From Malacoraja senta (taxonomy: Eukaryota): a stretch of 64,000 nt of DNA. A program made the position numbers and the translations under genes. Position 1 is the stretch's first letter. Each line of letters opens with the position of its first letter. The notes beneath the pieces were generated by a model. That model saw nothing but the letters and a program-made list of their open reading frames with translations. It searched no databases and was not told the DNA's origin. The stretch lies in contig CM075998.1 of assembly GCA_038087875.1 (NCBI GenBank), positions 2,978,001 to 3,042,000 on the forward strand. Direction: 5' to 3'. Of this stretch, positions 63,663 through 64,000 are shown piece by piece.

Positions 63663-63898
63663 GTAGACAAAAGTGCTGGAGAAACTCAGCGGGTGCAGCA
63701 GCATCTATGGAGCGAAGGAAATAGGCAACGTTTCAGGACAAAACCCTTGGGTTTCGGCCCGAAACGTTGCCTATTTCCCAAGGTTTCGTCCCGAAACGTT
63801 GCCCATTTCCTTCGCTCCATAGATGCTGCTGCACCCGCTGAGTTGCTCCAGCACTTTTGTCTACCTTCGATTTTCCAGCATCTGCAGTTCGTTCTTAA
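63663..63898 (+). mobile_element. Penelope-derived fold-back insertion with rearranged centre
   Basis: Palindromic arms. 15-bp TSD AGAAAATGTTACAAG at 63648-63662 and 63899-63913. Confidence 0.88.
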
Positions 63899-64000
63899 AG
63901 AAAATGTTACAAGTCTTGAGCAGGTCCAAAGTGGGCATTTAAGCAAGAATATTTTTTAAAAAGAGTGCAGGAAATGAGGCGACAGTGTTTCGGGAATGTT

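Noticed and set aside
52700..64000. dhh (hedgehog) coding exons expected by synteny
   Set aside because: No hedgehog peptide found in the ORF track or by reading the sequence.

Overview
This is vertebrate genomic DNA. The repeat repertoire (HE1/V-SINEs, CR1, Rex1/Babar, Penelope, Tc1, Harbinger MITEs) points to a cartilaginous fish, most likely a skate or ray. There is one 200-N gap at 43142-43341. The only complete host gene I can reconstruct is an 8-exon minus-strand Rheb-family GTPase (rhebl1, 182 aa, CDS 35910 to 24618). Two minus-strand promoter-like regions (about 2.1 kb and about 18.6 kb) probably belong to the next gene, possibly kmt2d by synteny only. Most of the rest is transposon-derived, and most ORFs in the supplied track are spurious. 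The best finding is a roughly 140-nt SINE-like element present in three copies. Its 5' end is a 54-nt minimal HDV-like (double-pseudoknot) ribozyme fold, followed by a structured 3' domain and a (GAA)n tail. In the copy at 3850 the target-site duplication (TSD) abuts the predicted cleavage nucleotide. Penelope-derived minimal hammerhead motifs, fold-back palindromes and 66-bp tandem arrays are also abundant. All structures were read by eye; nothing was computed or searched.
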